A DNA stretch of 64,000 bases from NCBI GenBank assembly GCA_012295275.1, contig CM022674.1:8618001-8682000 (forward strand), given 5' to 3'. The translations under genes were made by a program, and so were the position numbers. The notes below the pieces were generated by a model, which searched no databases, was not told the DNA's origin, and saw only the letters and a program-made list of their open reading frames with translations. This document shows positions 13,094 to 25,540 of the stretch, piece by piece (position 1 is the first letter of the stretch; each line of letters starts with the position of its first letter). Source of the DNA: Chrysomallon squamiferum (Eukaryota > Animalia > Mollusca).

Positions 13094-13726
13094 AGAAATG
13101 ATTATAACATGTGAGATGCAGAACAAGTGAGATAGAAATGATTATAACATGTGAGATGCTGAACAAGTGAGATAGAAATGATTATAACATGTGAGATGCT
13201 GAACAAGTGAGATAGAAATGATTATAACATGTGAGATGCAGAACAAGTGAGATAGAAATGATTATAACATGTGAGATGCAGAACAAGTGAGATAGAAATG
13301 ATTATAACATGTGAGATGCTGAACAAGTGAGATAGAAATGATTATAACATGTGAGATGCTGAACAAGTGAGATAGAAATGATTATAACATGTGAGATGCT
13401 GAACAAGTGAGATAGAAATGATTATAACGTGTGAGATGCTGAACAAGTGAGATAGAAATGATTATAACGTGTGAGATGCAGAACAAGTGAGATAGAAATG
13501 ATTATAACATGTGAGATGCTGAACAAGTGAGATAGAAATGATTATAACATGTGAGATGCTGAACAAGTGAGATAGAAATGATTATAACGTGTGAGATGCT
13601 GAACAAGTGAGATAGAAATGATTATAACATGTGAGATGCTGAACAAGTGAGACAGAAATGATTATAACATGTGAGATGCAGAACAAGTGAGATAGAAATG
13701 ATTATAATGTGTGAGATGCTGAACAA
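13094..13726 (+). repeat. Minisatellite, 40-bp unit agaaatgattataacatgtgagatgctgaacaagtgagat (~16 copies), left arm of an inverted pair
   Basis: Period 40 (attataacat at 13101, 13141, 13181...); flanked by the 15-bp direct repeat acaaagcagtcttta (13078-13092, 13723-13737). Confidence 0.97.
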
Positions 13727-14370
13727 AGCAGTCTTTAAAAACTAACAATCCTCCTGACAGTCATGTAAACCCACCACCTCAAATCTCCACAAACTGAAAA
13801 TTTCATAAATTAATTACTTCTGCTAATTTCCATAAAACAGAAACTTCACAGTAATTTAACCTTCCCTCAATTTCAATAAAATTTTTTTTTCTCCCACTAA
13901 CTTCCATAAAAATTAAAACTTAACAAGTAATCTATCCCTCCCTCCATCTGTACAAAATAGAGACTTCACAAATTAACGATCCTTAAATTTAACTGTAATT
14001 TATCTTTCCCCAATTTTAAAAAAAGATTTCTCAATTAATATATTCCTCAACAACTCTACCTCATTCATTACAAATATTGAGAATTCACAAATTAATGATC
14101 CTCTGCTAATTCTGTAGTTTATACAATCTACCCCTCCCCCAATTCCAAAAATAAAGGAAACAGATTAATTATCCTACTGCTAACTTCCATTAAAAATATG
14201 ACTTGATAAGCTTATCTCTATATTTAATGTCTATAGACTGAGACAACAGAGTTTGATTTAGCCTGCTGGACAACCTGGCAGTGTTCTACACTGACTCAAT
14301 TACAACCAGCTAAGTCTGTCACTGCTCCACCACACCACAACCACAGCCAGTTTGTTACACTCCCATGGTA

Positions 14371-14994
14371 ATCTCACTTGTTCAGCATCTCACACATTAT
14401 AATCATTTCTATCTCACATGTTATAATCATTTCTATCTCACTTGTTCTGCATCTCACATGTTATAATCATTTCTATCTCACTTGTTCAGCATCTCACACA
14501 TTATAATCATTTCTATCTCACTTGTTCAGCATCTCACACATTATAATCATTTCTATCTCACTTGATCAGCATCTCACATGTTATAATCATTTCTATCTCA
14601 CTTGTTCTGCATCTCACATGTTATAATCATTTCTATCTCACTTGTTCAGCATCTCACACATTATAATCATTTCTATCTCACTTGATCAGCATCTCACATG
14701 TTATAATCATTTCTATCTCACTTGTTCAGCATCTCCCATGTTATAATCATTTCTATCTCACTTGTTCAGCATCTCACATGTTATAATCATTTCTATCTCA
14801 CTTGTTCAGCATCTCCCATGTTATAATCATTTCTATCTCACTTGTTCAGCATCTCACATGTTATAATCATTTCTATCTCACTTGATCAGCATCTCACATG
14901 TTATAATCATTTCTATCTCACTTGTTCAGCATCTCACATGTTATAATCATTTCTATCTCACTTGTTCAGCATCTCCCATGTTATAATCATTTCT
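14371..14994 (-). repeat. Same 40-bp minisatellite in reverse orientation (~16 copies), right arm of the inverted pair
   Basis: The unit atctcacttgttcagcatctcacatgttataatcatttct is the reverse complement of the left-arm unit. Confidence 0.97.
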
Positions 14995-15783
14995 ACACAG
15001 TTTTATCTTATCTTTTACACAACCATAAATAATCTGTTTTAAATGATTATAACAATAAAAAAAAACATCTGAATTGTTTTAATTTAATTTTTATTTTTTT
15101 AATTTCAAGTACTAAAGAATTTTTTTTTTATTTATATATATATTTTTTTGTTTTTATTTATTTATTTGTTTATTTTTGTTTTATTTAGTTTCATTTACCA
15201 GTGTTACCGATTCATTATTTTTCTTTTTAAATACGTCTATAAAACTGTTTTCATTTTAGTTTCTCTCTTTTTTTCATATAAATTTACAGAACTATTTTAT
15301 TTTAATTACAAATACTATAAAACTGTTTATTTCTTAAACTGTTTTTCTTTTTAGTTATAATTACTATAAAACTGATGTATCTTTTTATTTTTTAACACAA
15401 AAAACTTGAGAATTTTTTAAATTTTAATTGAATTTTATTTTTTTTTTAAATAAATTTATTTGTTATTTTATTTTTTATTTTATTTTTTAAATTATAATTT
15501 ATAAACTAGTTTTATTTTTGTTTTATTTCTGTGTAATTACAAGATTTTAACTTACTGTTTGTTTTTATTGTAATTTCATTTGTACTGATATGTTTTGTAT
15601 TCTAACTGTGTGTGTGTGTTTACATATGTATGTATGTGTGTATATCTTCTAACAGAATACAAAGCAGTGTTTTCACCGTCTGTTTTGATGTATTATTCAG
15701 ATGTCAAGTCTAGACTGTGGGGTTCAGTAACCAATCTACTCAACTCACTGATTAGCCCTCCAGCCAGGTCTGACATCTCCAAG

Positions 15784-17272
15784 ACATCATTACTTTAGTT
15801 TTATCTCATAGTTTTTAAATATCACAACTGTATTAATTAGCAAACACATCATTACTTTAGTTTTATCTCATAGTTTTTAAATATCACAACTGTATTAATT
15901 AGCAAACACATAATTACTTTAGTTTTATCTCATAGTTTTTAAATATCACAACTGTATTAATTAGCAAACACATCATTACTTTAGTTTTATCTCATAGTTT
16001 TTAAATATCACAACTGTATTAATTAGCAAACACATCATTACTTTAGTTTTATCTCATAGTTTTTAAATATCACAACTGTATTAATTAGCAAACACATCAT
16101 TACTTTAGTTCTATCTCAGTTTTTAAATATCACAACTGTATTAATTAGCAAACACATCATTACTTTAGTTCTATCTCACAGTTTTTAAATATCACAACTG
16201 TATTAATTAGCAAACACATCATTACTTTAGTTCTATCTCATAGTTTTTAAATATCACAACTGTATTAATTAGCAAACACATAATTACTTTAGTTTTATCT
16301 CATAGTTTTTAAATATCACAACTGTATTAATTAGCAAACACATCATTACTTTAGTTCTATCTCATAGTTTTTAAATATCACAACTGTATTAAGACAATTA
16401 ACAAACACATAATTACTTTAGTTTTATCTCAGTTTTTAAATATCACAACTGTATTAATTAGCAAACACATAATTACTTTAGTTTTATCTCATAGTTTTTA
16501 AATATCACAACTGTATTAATTAGCAAACACATCATTACTTTAGTTTTATCTCATAGTTTTTAAATAGCATAACTGTATTAAGACAACTGACAAATATATC
16601 ATTACTTTAGTTTTATCTCAGTTTTTAAATAGCATAACTGTATTAAGACAATTAACAAACACATCATTACTTTAGTTTTATCTCAGTTTTTAAATATCAC
16701 AACTGTATTAATTAGCAAACACATAATTACTTTAGTTTTATCTCATAGTTTTTAAATATCACAACTGTATTAATTAGCAAACACATCATTACTTTAGTTT
16801 TATCTCAGTTTTTAAATATCACAACTGTATTAATTAGCAAACACATCATTACTTTAGTTTTATCTCAGTTTTTAAATATCATAACTGTATTAAGACAATT
16901 AACAAACACATCATTACTTTAGTTTTATCTCAGTTTTTAAATATCACAACTGTATTAAGACAACTGACAAACACATCATTCCTTTAGTTTTATCTCAGTT
17001 TTTAAATATCACAACTGTATTAAGACAACTGACAAACACATCATTCCTTTAGTTTTATCTCAGTTTTTAAATATCATAACTGTATTAAGACAATTAACAA
17101 ACACATCATTACTTTAGTTTTATCTCAGTTTTTAAATATCACAACTGTATTAAGACAACTGACAAACATATCATTACTTTAGTCATCTCTCATAGTTTTT
17201 AAATATCACAACTGTATTAAGACAACTGACAAACATATCATTACTTTAGTCATCTCTCATAGTTTTTAAATA
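15784..17272. repeat. Minisatellite, ~62-bp unit acatcattactttagttttatctcatagtttttaaatatcacaactgtattaattagcaaac (~24 copies)
   Basis: Directly visible; the variant attaagacaa(c/t)t(g/a)acaaac accumulates toward the right end. Confidence 0.97.
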
Positions 17273-20200
17273 ACAACTGGCTTACAGATCATTATTTTAG
17301 TCACATTTCAGTTTTAACATTTCAAGAGCTTACTGAGGTGTAACACCACACATTTATCTTCTCTCCAAGTAACTGTCTAATATGTCAACACTAACATTAC
17401 ATGACCAGTCAGTCCAGCTTCTGGTTTACACAACCAAATCAAATGTATTTGATGAGGTTACTTTATTCAGAAATATATTCATATATGGATCACACATATA
17501 CTGACAAATTTACCCACACACAAACAGACAGTATACATACATCAGACACATCTACATCAAAGTTCTGTTTCATCTAACATATTTGACCTATGATATTTTG
17601 TTATTTTGACCAAGTGAATTTGTAACCTTTTAGCATTTCTTGCCAGCAACTACTGAAAATTTGTCATAATTTTACAGACAGCCAATCTAATATCACATTC
17701 ATTTCCAAACATACACACAGACACACCTACACACATATACACACACAGAAACCTACACATAAACAAACACATATACATATACAAACACACATACAATGTG
17801 TGTATACTAAGATGCACATGCACATGTACACAACACATACACATGTACACAAAACACACACATACACAGACACCTACACACAAACACAGAGGTACACATG
17901 CAGACATGCACACATACAAACACACAAACACAAATGCACACACCCACACACACTACAGACACTACAAACAAATGTATTTAGCAGGTGGTGACTTTATTTC
18001 AGCGAGTCACTGATAAACTCAGCAACAAGTTAACATCATCGTCGCCACGAGACAAAATCAGACATACTTGATTTCAGTACAATTACTACCGCAGCAACGT
18101 TCATCACAGGAAATGGCTGTAATGGGCATCCTGGGGCTGTCCTATCATCAGAAGATGGAATCCCATGATGAACGTGGAAGTCAGAAATGCAGAATACTCA
18201 ATGAAAACAGCAGTGTACACAATTAAACAACAGACACACACATTCAGTTAATTCAGACAACATCTTTGATTAATATAAGCTTAATTGGCCAATTTCTGAA
18301 GGCTGACTTCTTCCAGAACAGTGATTAGAACAGTGGTCGCCTGGGGATGGGTCTAATCCATGCAAATGACAGGCAGGATGAATGCATTTCCCAAGTGAAG
18401 ACATTTATTTAAACAGTGAATGCTGACTGTGTTTGGGTTGACATAGTTACGACTGCAATGAAATCACTAGAGAGTGCTGTATGTCTGAATGAAAGTCATG
18501 CTTTTCAGATTGCAATCTCATTCACTATTTTATAATATCATTTATATTTCCTTTCCTTCTTTTTTTTTAATTTTTAATTTAATTTTATTTTATTTTAAAA
18601 CAAATACTGTTTTACTAAACTGGTTCTGTGTAGTCTTTTATCCTGTTGTTAGTGTATCAGTGTATAAAAACCTGCCTGACAGAAACCTGTATCGTGTAAA
18701 CATAGTTTTATGTTTTTCATTAGTAAAAGACACAAGGTTTATATCTCTGGATGCAAAGGTAATATAATATTAATCTTCTTTACAGACTTTTGAAATAAAT
18801 ACCTTAATTAATTCTGGGGATGTTTCTTGTAACCCATGCAGTCTCACACAGCCAGACTGAAGTTTGCTAATTAGCGTATCTCATTTCTTTATGTTCACAT
18901 TAAACACTGAATTACAGTATCAAGATTCTCAGGTCAGGTCTTGGAGAAAATGGTTTAAAACAACACAGACACTTTCTGAAATAAAACACTGAACAAAAAA
19001 ATCCCTATAATTCATTGCTCTTTTTTTGTTTTTAAATAAAAAATAGTCTGTAACACTGTGTTGTGTCTGTGTTGAGATTGACACAGTTTCAGTGCTCATT
19101 GTACATTAAACACATCATTACAGCTTCACTTCTCATTACATTACACACTTACATTTACAACTTGCATTGTCCTTTAATTTTCATCCATAACATCTTATAT
19201 CAGCTATTTGTATGTAATATATCATTCTCTAATGAATGCATCATTCACCAGTGTCATCAAGTTGTATATATATATATATATATATATATCATCCATGAAT
19301 ATCATTGACTTATAGGTCACCACAAATACATTAAATCATCTACAATTAAATCATCCAACAATATATCATCCATTAGTACATCATCCAGTATTAATCATTA
19401 AAAATAACATCCATTAATCAATCAGCACTAACATAATCATCTACTATTACATCATTCATTAAAACATCATCCATCAATGTGTCATTCTTCGCTACATCAG
19501 GCATTTCAGGACATTCATGTATCAATCCATCATTAATCAATCTGCTAATTGAACAAAAGTTGTTATTTCAAAAACATTTCATAATGTCGTCATGTTTATT
19601 AATTCAGAACAAAATATTTAAAAAATGAAGTACAAATATGCACAGCATTTTATCATGCAGCATAGGAAAATAACTTTCTCATTAATAAAACAACAGTGTT
19701 GTACCAAAAATAGGACGAGAGGAGTTAAAGTGAGAAAGTAATTTCCCTGGACATTCCTTGACAAACACTGATCATTCATAATTCATGCAGGAATGAGACG
19801 GAAACAATGTGAGGAAGAATGACTTGATGCAGGTGTGAATATTTTAAAATATTCACTGGAAAACATCTGTGTCATAAAATGTGAAAAATTCAAGAGATAT
19901 GTATAGAAACATCTGAGTTAGATGTGCGTGTGAGTGTGTGTGCATGTGTGTGTGTAAAGTGTCTATGTTTATACATGTGAAAAACACTTGGATTATATTT
20001 GTCAAATCCACATATACACAACCAGTTGTTTTCCATGTAAATGTTTTTCATATATAACTCTGGTGTATTTCAACATATAACCATTGTTTTCAGTATATAA
20101 CCCAGATGTTTTTTTTACACATACATTAATTAGCTAAATTAAAGAAGAAATTAGATTTCACTTGTATTTTTACTTGTGAAATAAAACTAGATAGTTCACA

Positions 20201-21069
20201 TTAGAGTAATACCTAATGTGTGTTATGTCTGGTATGTGTCTATATGTCCAAACAAGTATATTTGGTATGACTGTGTCTATGTATTCATGTATAATGGTGT
20301 ATTATTATATGTTTGTGTGTCTGAGAGTATTGTGTATGCAGACTGTGACTTTTGATATAAGCAGTCTCCTGATATATCAATTCAGTTATTTATGACACTG
20401 AATAATTGTCTGTATTTAGAATTCATTATATATATCATTAATATGACATCTGTGGATTGTTATTTTGTTTTTGTTTAAATGTAACATATTTATGTCATTT
20501 ATAATTTGTTATGTATTTATTTCACTGGGTTGCTGCAACTATATTGTATATTATCAAATAGTCATCAAGTGCATGTCATCACACACACACACACATGCAT
20601 AGATACCTGTTGGTTAATTTCATCTCGTTTTTTTCATTATAACTTTGGATTGTAAGACAAAAGAAATAGCTGGCTTATCCTGTATATATAAATATATTAA
20701 TATAGAGTTATGTAGATATAGACAATTATTCAATATCATAAATAAATGAATTAATACAACAACATACTGCTTATATCAAAGCATATGCTAGTAATGACAT
20801 GCAATACAGTCAGAGACACACACACAACACATAACACATTTTACAGACAACTGCTGTATCAAACAATCTGTAATTCAGTGTGTAATACATTTTACTATAC
20901 AAAAACACATTCTGAAAATTGCTGTAAATTTGCTTTACTAGTAACATACATATTTTTAATATAAATTATATCTTACTATCACCTGTCTATTTTAATGCTT
21001 GTTACAAAAAGTCATTGTTTATGTATATTTGTACTGGGTAAACATGAATGTTTGTTTTACTGCTCTGCA

Positions 21070-21540
21070 TGTAAAATATATCTAAATACTGCACTAGCAG
21101 TGAATTATCAATAATAACATAATATTAATTCTGTTATTGCATTCACTAAAATAAATCTAGAGACTGTATTAGAGGAGTGGTATATTAATAACAACATAAT
21201 ACGAAAACATAGTACTAGTACTCCCATTGTAAAATACATCTAGATATTACACTACCAGTATGCTGTCTGTTAATAATATCCTAATATGGATTGTACACAT
21301 TTAATCAGTGTAAAACATATCTAGGCATTTGCACTACTAGTGGAATTTGTATAATTGATGATAACAAAATACTGATTGCATAATTAAATTCAGCTTGATT
21401 CATACCTTGGTTCTGCATTAGCAGTGGACTGTGTCTATTAATAATAACACTGACTGTATTATTAAACTTAGTGTAAAATATATCAAGGTATTACACTAGT
21501 AGTGGATTGCCAGTTAATAATAAAATAATATTGATTATGT
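21070..21540. repeat. Old degenerate ~80-bp tandem repeat (tgtaaaatatatcta...cactagtagtgga...taataataa)
   Basis: Related motifs recur near 21070, 21228, 21309 and 21472. Confidence 0.6.
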
Positions 21541-22601
21541 TAGTATAGCTTCAAGCTACCTGTAACAGGCATGGGAAAACTGGAACACAAATTTGATCAT
21601 GTGGGAAATGAACATTTCCAGTAAAAACAATCAATCTGCAACATCATTCCAATCAGTAGCTGCAGTGAAGCAGAACACAGAGAACAACATTTTTTTTTTA
21701 AATCCTCACATTATTCCAACGCATCACATACACAATTCGTTTGTTTTTCAGATACTGTGAACATTTTACTCTACATGTGTAAACTAAATTTATTTCAGAC
21801 TGACTGTATTTTAAATTTGATTTTTAAAAATTTGTTTTATATGTGTTTCCTGCACTATTTCTCATCGGTTTATTGCAGAACTTTTTATTGAGAACTTTTT
21901 AAATAATTAAACAATGTGAAAGCTTTCTGTGTTACACAAATACAGTCCTGAAAGAGTCTGAACCAATGAAATCTTTTTTTTTAGTCTAACAATGTAACTC
22001 AGGATATATTTGAAGTCTTCAGACTTGGAGATTTTTTTATAATTAATATTTTCAAGACATAATTATAGCTAGATAGCTAGATAGAGAGATAGATATTATG
22101 GCAGTTATGGAGTTAACATTTTTCAACTCAATATTTTATATTTTAAACAATGGAGAGAGAGTAATGAAGGAAAAATTGTGAATAACACTATTTCTCTATT
22201 ACATTTATTAACTATGTATCTGTATTTTTTCCAAAGAAGAAATCTGATAGTTCTCATTACTATATATTAGTATCTGTTACAGGATTATTTAATTTCCCTA
22301 AGGCTTGAAACTTCAAATCTCTTCTTTAAAAATTGTCTTTATTATAACATGTTTATAGATATATGAGCGCTTAATATCCAGTTTTTTGTTAAGAAATCAT
22401 TAAATATTCATTCAGTTATTTGTTCATTCAGCAGTAGTGGTTGGAACAGGAATTAAATTATTGGGTGTTATAAAGTTGACTGATTTTATTTCACTGCAAA
22501 AAAGGAGAGTATATAAAAATAAATATACTGCTGGTGACAAGGTTATCTGGATTCTTGCTAAGGTTACCACCAACAGAAAATCATTAATATGTATGTATGT
22601 A

Positions 22602-22634
<33 letters not shown>

Positions 22635-24311
22635 ATGTGTGTGTGTGTGTGTGTGTATGTAAAGCTTAATAAGGTTTAATTATATAATTACAAATACAAC
22701 ACTGTAATTATACTGTAACAAGATATAACATTGTAATTATACTACACAAAGTAGAATATAGTAATAATATAATAATATATTTTTCAACATGACAAGAATG
22801 TGATTTTTTGTGTTAATTATATATAATATTGAACAAGGTGTAACAATGTATTGTAAATATTTTTGTACTCAGTTACCCAGCTTCACATAGTACTTCATTT
22901 TTACTGTGTAACATATTGTACTATCACATTGTCCATCAATAATGTGTATTAACTGATGTATATCACACATTTCCATATTATAGATAATGTTATACAAAAA
23001 CAATGTTTTTATATAAAAATATGAAAAATGTATATCTGAAAGGCTGATGTAGCAGTTTTAATTATTTTGCAAGTTTGAAATTATCATCTTCTTCATGATG
23101 ATGATGAAGATGATGATTGTTATTGTTGATATTGGAGTTATGATTGCTAATATTATTATTATTCTTATTATTCTTATTATTATTATTAAAAACATATAGT
23201 GATATAAATGAATGAAATGATGACTAAACGAATGAGAAAATAGATCCCTATATCTTGATAGGCAAAATCCAAATTAATTTTCTATAAAGCAGTGACATTA
23301 CAATACTACCAAACGCGAATTCTTTATCACTGGGTTTAACACATACATTATGTGTGAATTATGTTAATTATTTAGAAAATCACTTGGTGTTTCAGTTAAT
23401 CAGCTTCATTTCTTTAATGTCAATAGTTAGTGATTATTAGGTTGTTTATTTGGTAATAATCTTATTAATTAGGTGCAAGGCTGACACAAACAGAAATGTC
23501 AACTTTTCATTTTAAAGCTACAATTTCACTAATAATAAAAAAGGTAATAATCATTTTTAAAAGTTGTAACTAAAGCAATTTTTTAAGTAGACAAACCCCC
23601 CCAGAAAAAATCCCAATAAAATAAAATAAAATAAAGTGAGAAAAAAGATTAAAATTTCAAAACATCATAAATTGATTCAAAAAATTATTATTTTATTGAA
23701 ATTTCAGTTTGTTTTTTGTAGTTGATTTTTTGGTAGGAATATTTATTTATTTATATGTATATTTTTTTGCATTGTTTTCTTTTTTAATGTTTTGATATAA
23801 ATTACATAAAAATTAGTTTTGTGTTTAAATTACTTAAAATTTATCATGTGTATAAGCTTGTAATATTTGTTTTGTTAAACTGATTAATTTGATCTTTGAT
23901 TTGTTAAATAAATGAAATCAAATTTTGTATTACCAATTTCATTATTTTAAATAAACTTTTTCTTTTTGGTAAAAGAAAAACAAGCTAAAGTGAATATGTC
24001 CTAATATATTATGTCTACTTCAAAATATATTTTTGAAAAATTCAGTTTTATAACAAAACAAAAAAATTGTCACAATCAGTTAATCTGAAAACAGTTATTT
24101 TTTATAGTTCATTTCTTTCTTTTCTTTTTTCTTTCTTTTTTTCTTAAATTCATTTTCTCTGGTTAAGTTTTCAGGTTACACGGACTGCCACAGGCAATGT
24201 GATAACAAGTTCAGTCAGGGATTTTTCTGAAGATATCTTCTTGACATGTTCAATAAAACAAAAACAACATTCACTGGGATTTCTAATGAGAAGTAACATC
24301 AACTATTTGTG

Positions 24312-24560
24312 TATTAAAATATTTCTAACAAGAGGCAATATTAAAATATTTCTAACAAGAGGCAATATTTAAATATTTCTAACAAGAGGCAATATTTAAA
24401 TATTTCTAACAAGAGGCAATATTTAAATATTTCTAACAAGAGGCAATATTTAAATATTTCTAACATGCATTAACATTAAAATATTTCTATCTAAAAGCAA
24501 TATTAAAATTTTTCTAACAAAAATTATTTTAAATATTTGTAACAAGAAGTAATATTAGTG
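24312..24560. repeat. Minisatellite, 27-bp unit tctaacaagaggcaatatttaaatatt
   Basis: About 5 near-perfect copies followed by degenerate copies. Confidence 0.9.
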
Positions 24561-25540
24561 TACTTGTAACAAGCAGTAACTTTAAAATAAAGGCAGCTAA
24601 AGCTTAAACTATGGGAAGCATTTGTTTGAAAAACATAAATTCATTGAACTATTACATACATCATTATCTTGTGTTAATTTATAAAAAAAAATCTTATTTT
24701 AACCTTTTCTTTTATGTAAGAAAATGCTTGAAAATGCATAAACATACTCAAATGTATTATAATACACCATTATGCAAGAGTATTTTATAAAGTTATTTCT
24801 AATCTAGATGTACTACATCCAGGTTGAGATTAAATCTAAACATGCACATTGACACTTGTTTGAAAAATGGTGTGATGATAATCAGGTTTCAGTATATTTT
24901 AGAGATGTTTTTTATGAATATGTTTCAAGACATTGAATAGTAGTCTAAAAATATGAATGAAACACTGATCACAAATGTGCATCTCTGTCATACACTGAAG
25001 TTAAATCATTGTTAAATAATGTAGTAGCTAAATTCTTGCTTTATTACAGTGTTATAAACTCAGAAGTTATGGAAATATTTTATCTCACTGGAAGCATGTT
25101 GTTATTTTGTATAATCTAAATAAAATAAAAATTAAATATTTCTGAAATGGGAAGAAAAAAAAATGAAAACTAATTTTTTTTAGTGATGTATAACAAAAGA
25201 TGATATTAAAATGATAAAATACTGACTAATAGAGAAATATAGATTAGCTGTCATCTGAGAGACATTTTTAAACAGCATTGCATCAGTTATTTCATTATTT
25301 TTATGACAAAATAATGGGACAACAATGTGACATTATATTAATTATAATTTTTTTTTCTTTTCTTTTGTGGGTTAATTTGTATTTTGGGAATTAAAGAAAA
25401 GGTCAAATTAAAAAGTTTCTAAGAATAAATTAGATAACACATGACGTGTTCACTGCTTAACAAGTATCTACTTCTCATGTAAATGGTTTCCACAATGATG
25501 ATAATTAAAAAATTAAAATTAAAAAATATATTTTATATTA

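Noticed and set aside
17650-18013. Cys/Val-rich and His/Thr-rich ORFs (also near 5.8-6.2, 12.1 and 56.4 kb)
   Set aside because: Translations of degenerate (CA)n/(TG)n tracts.
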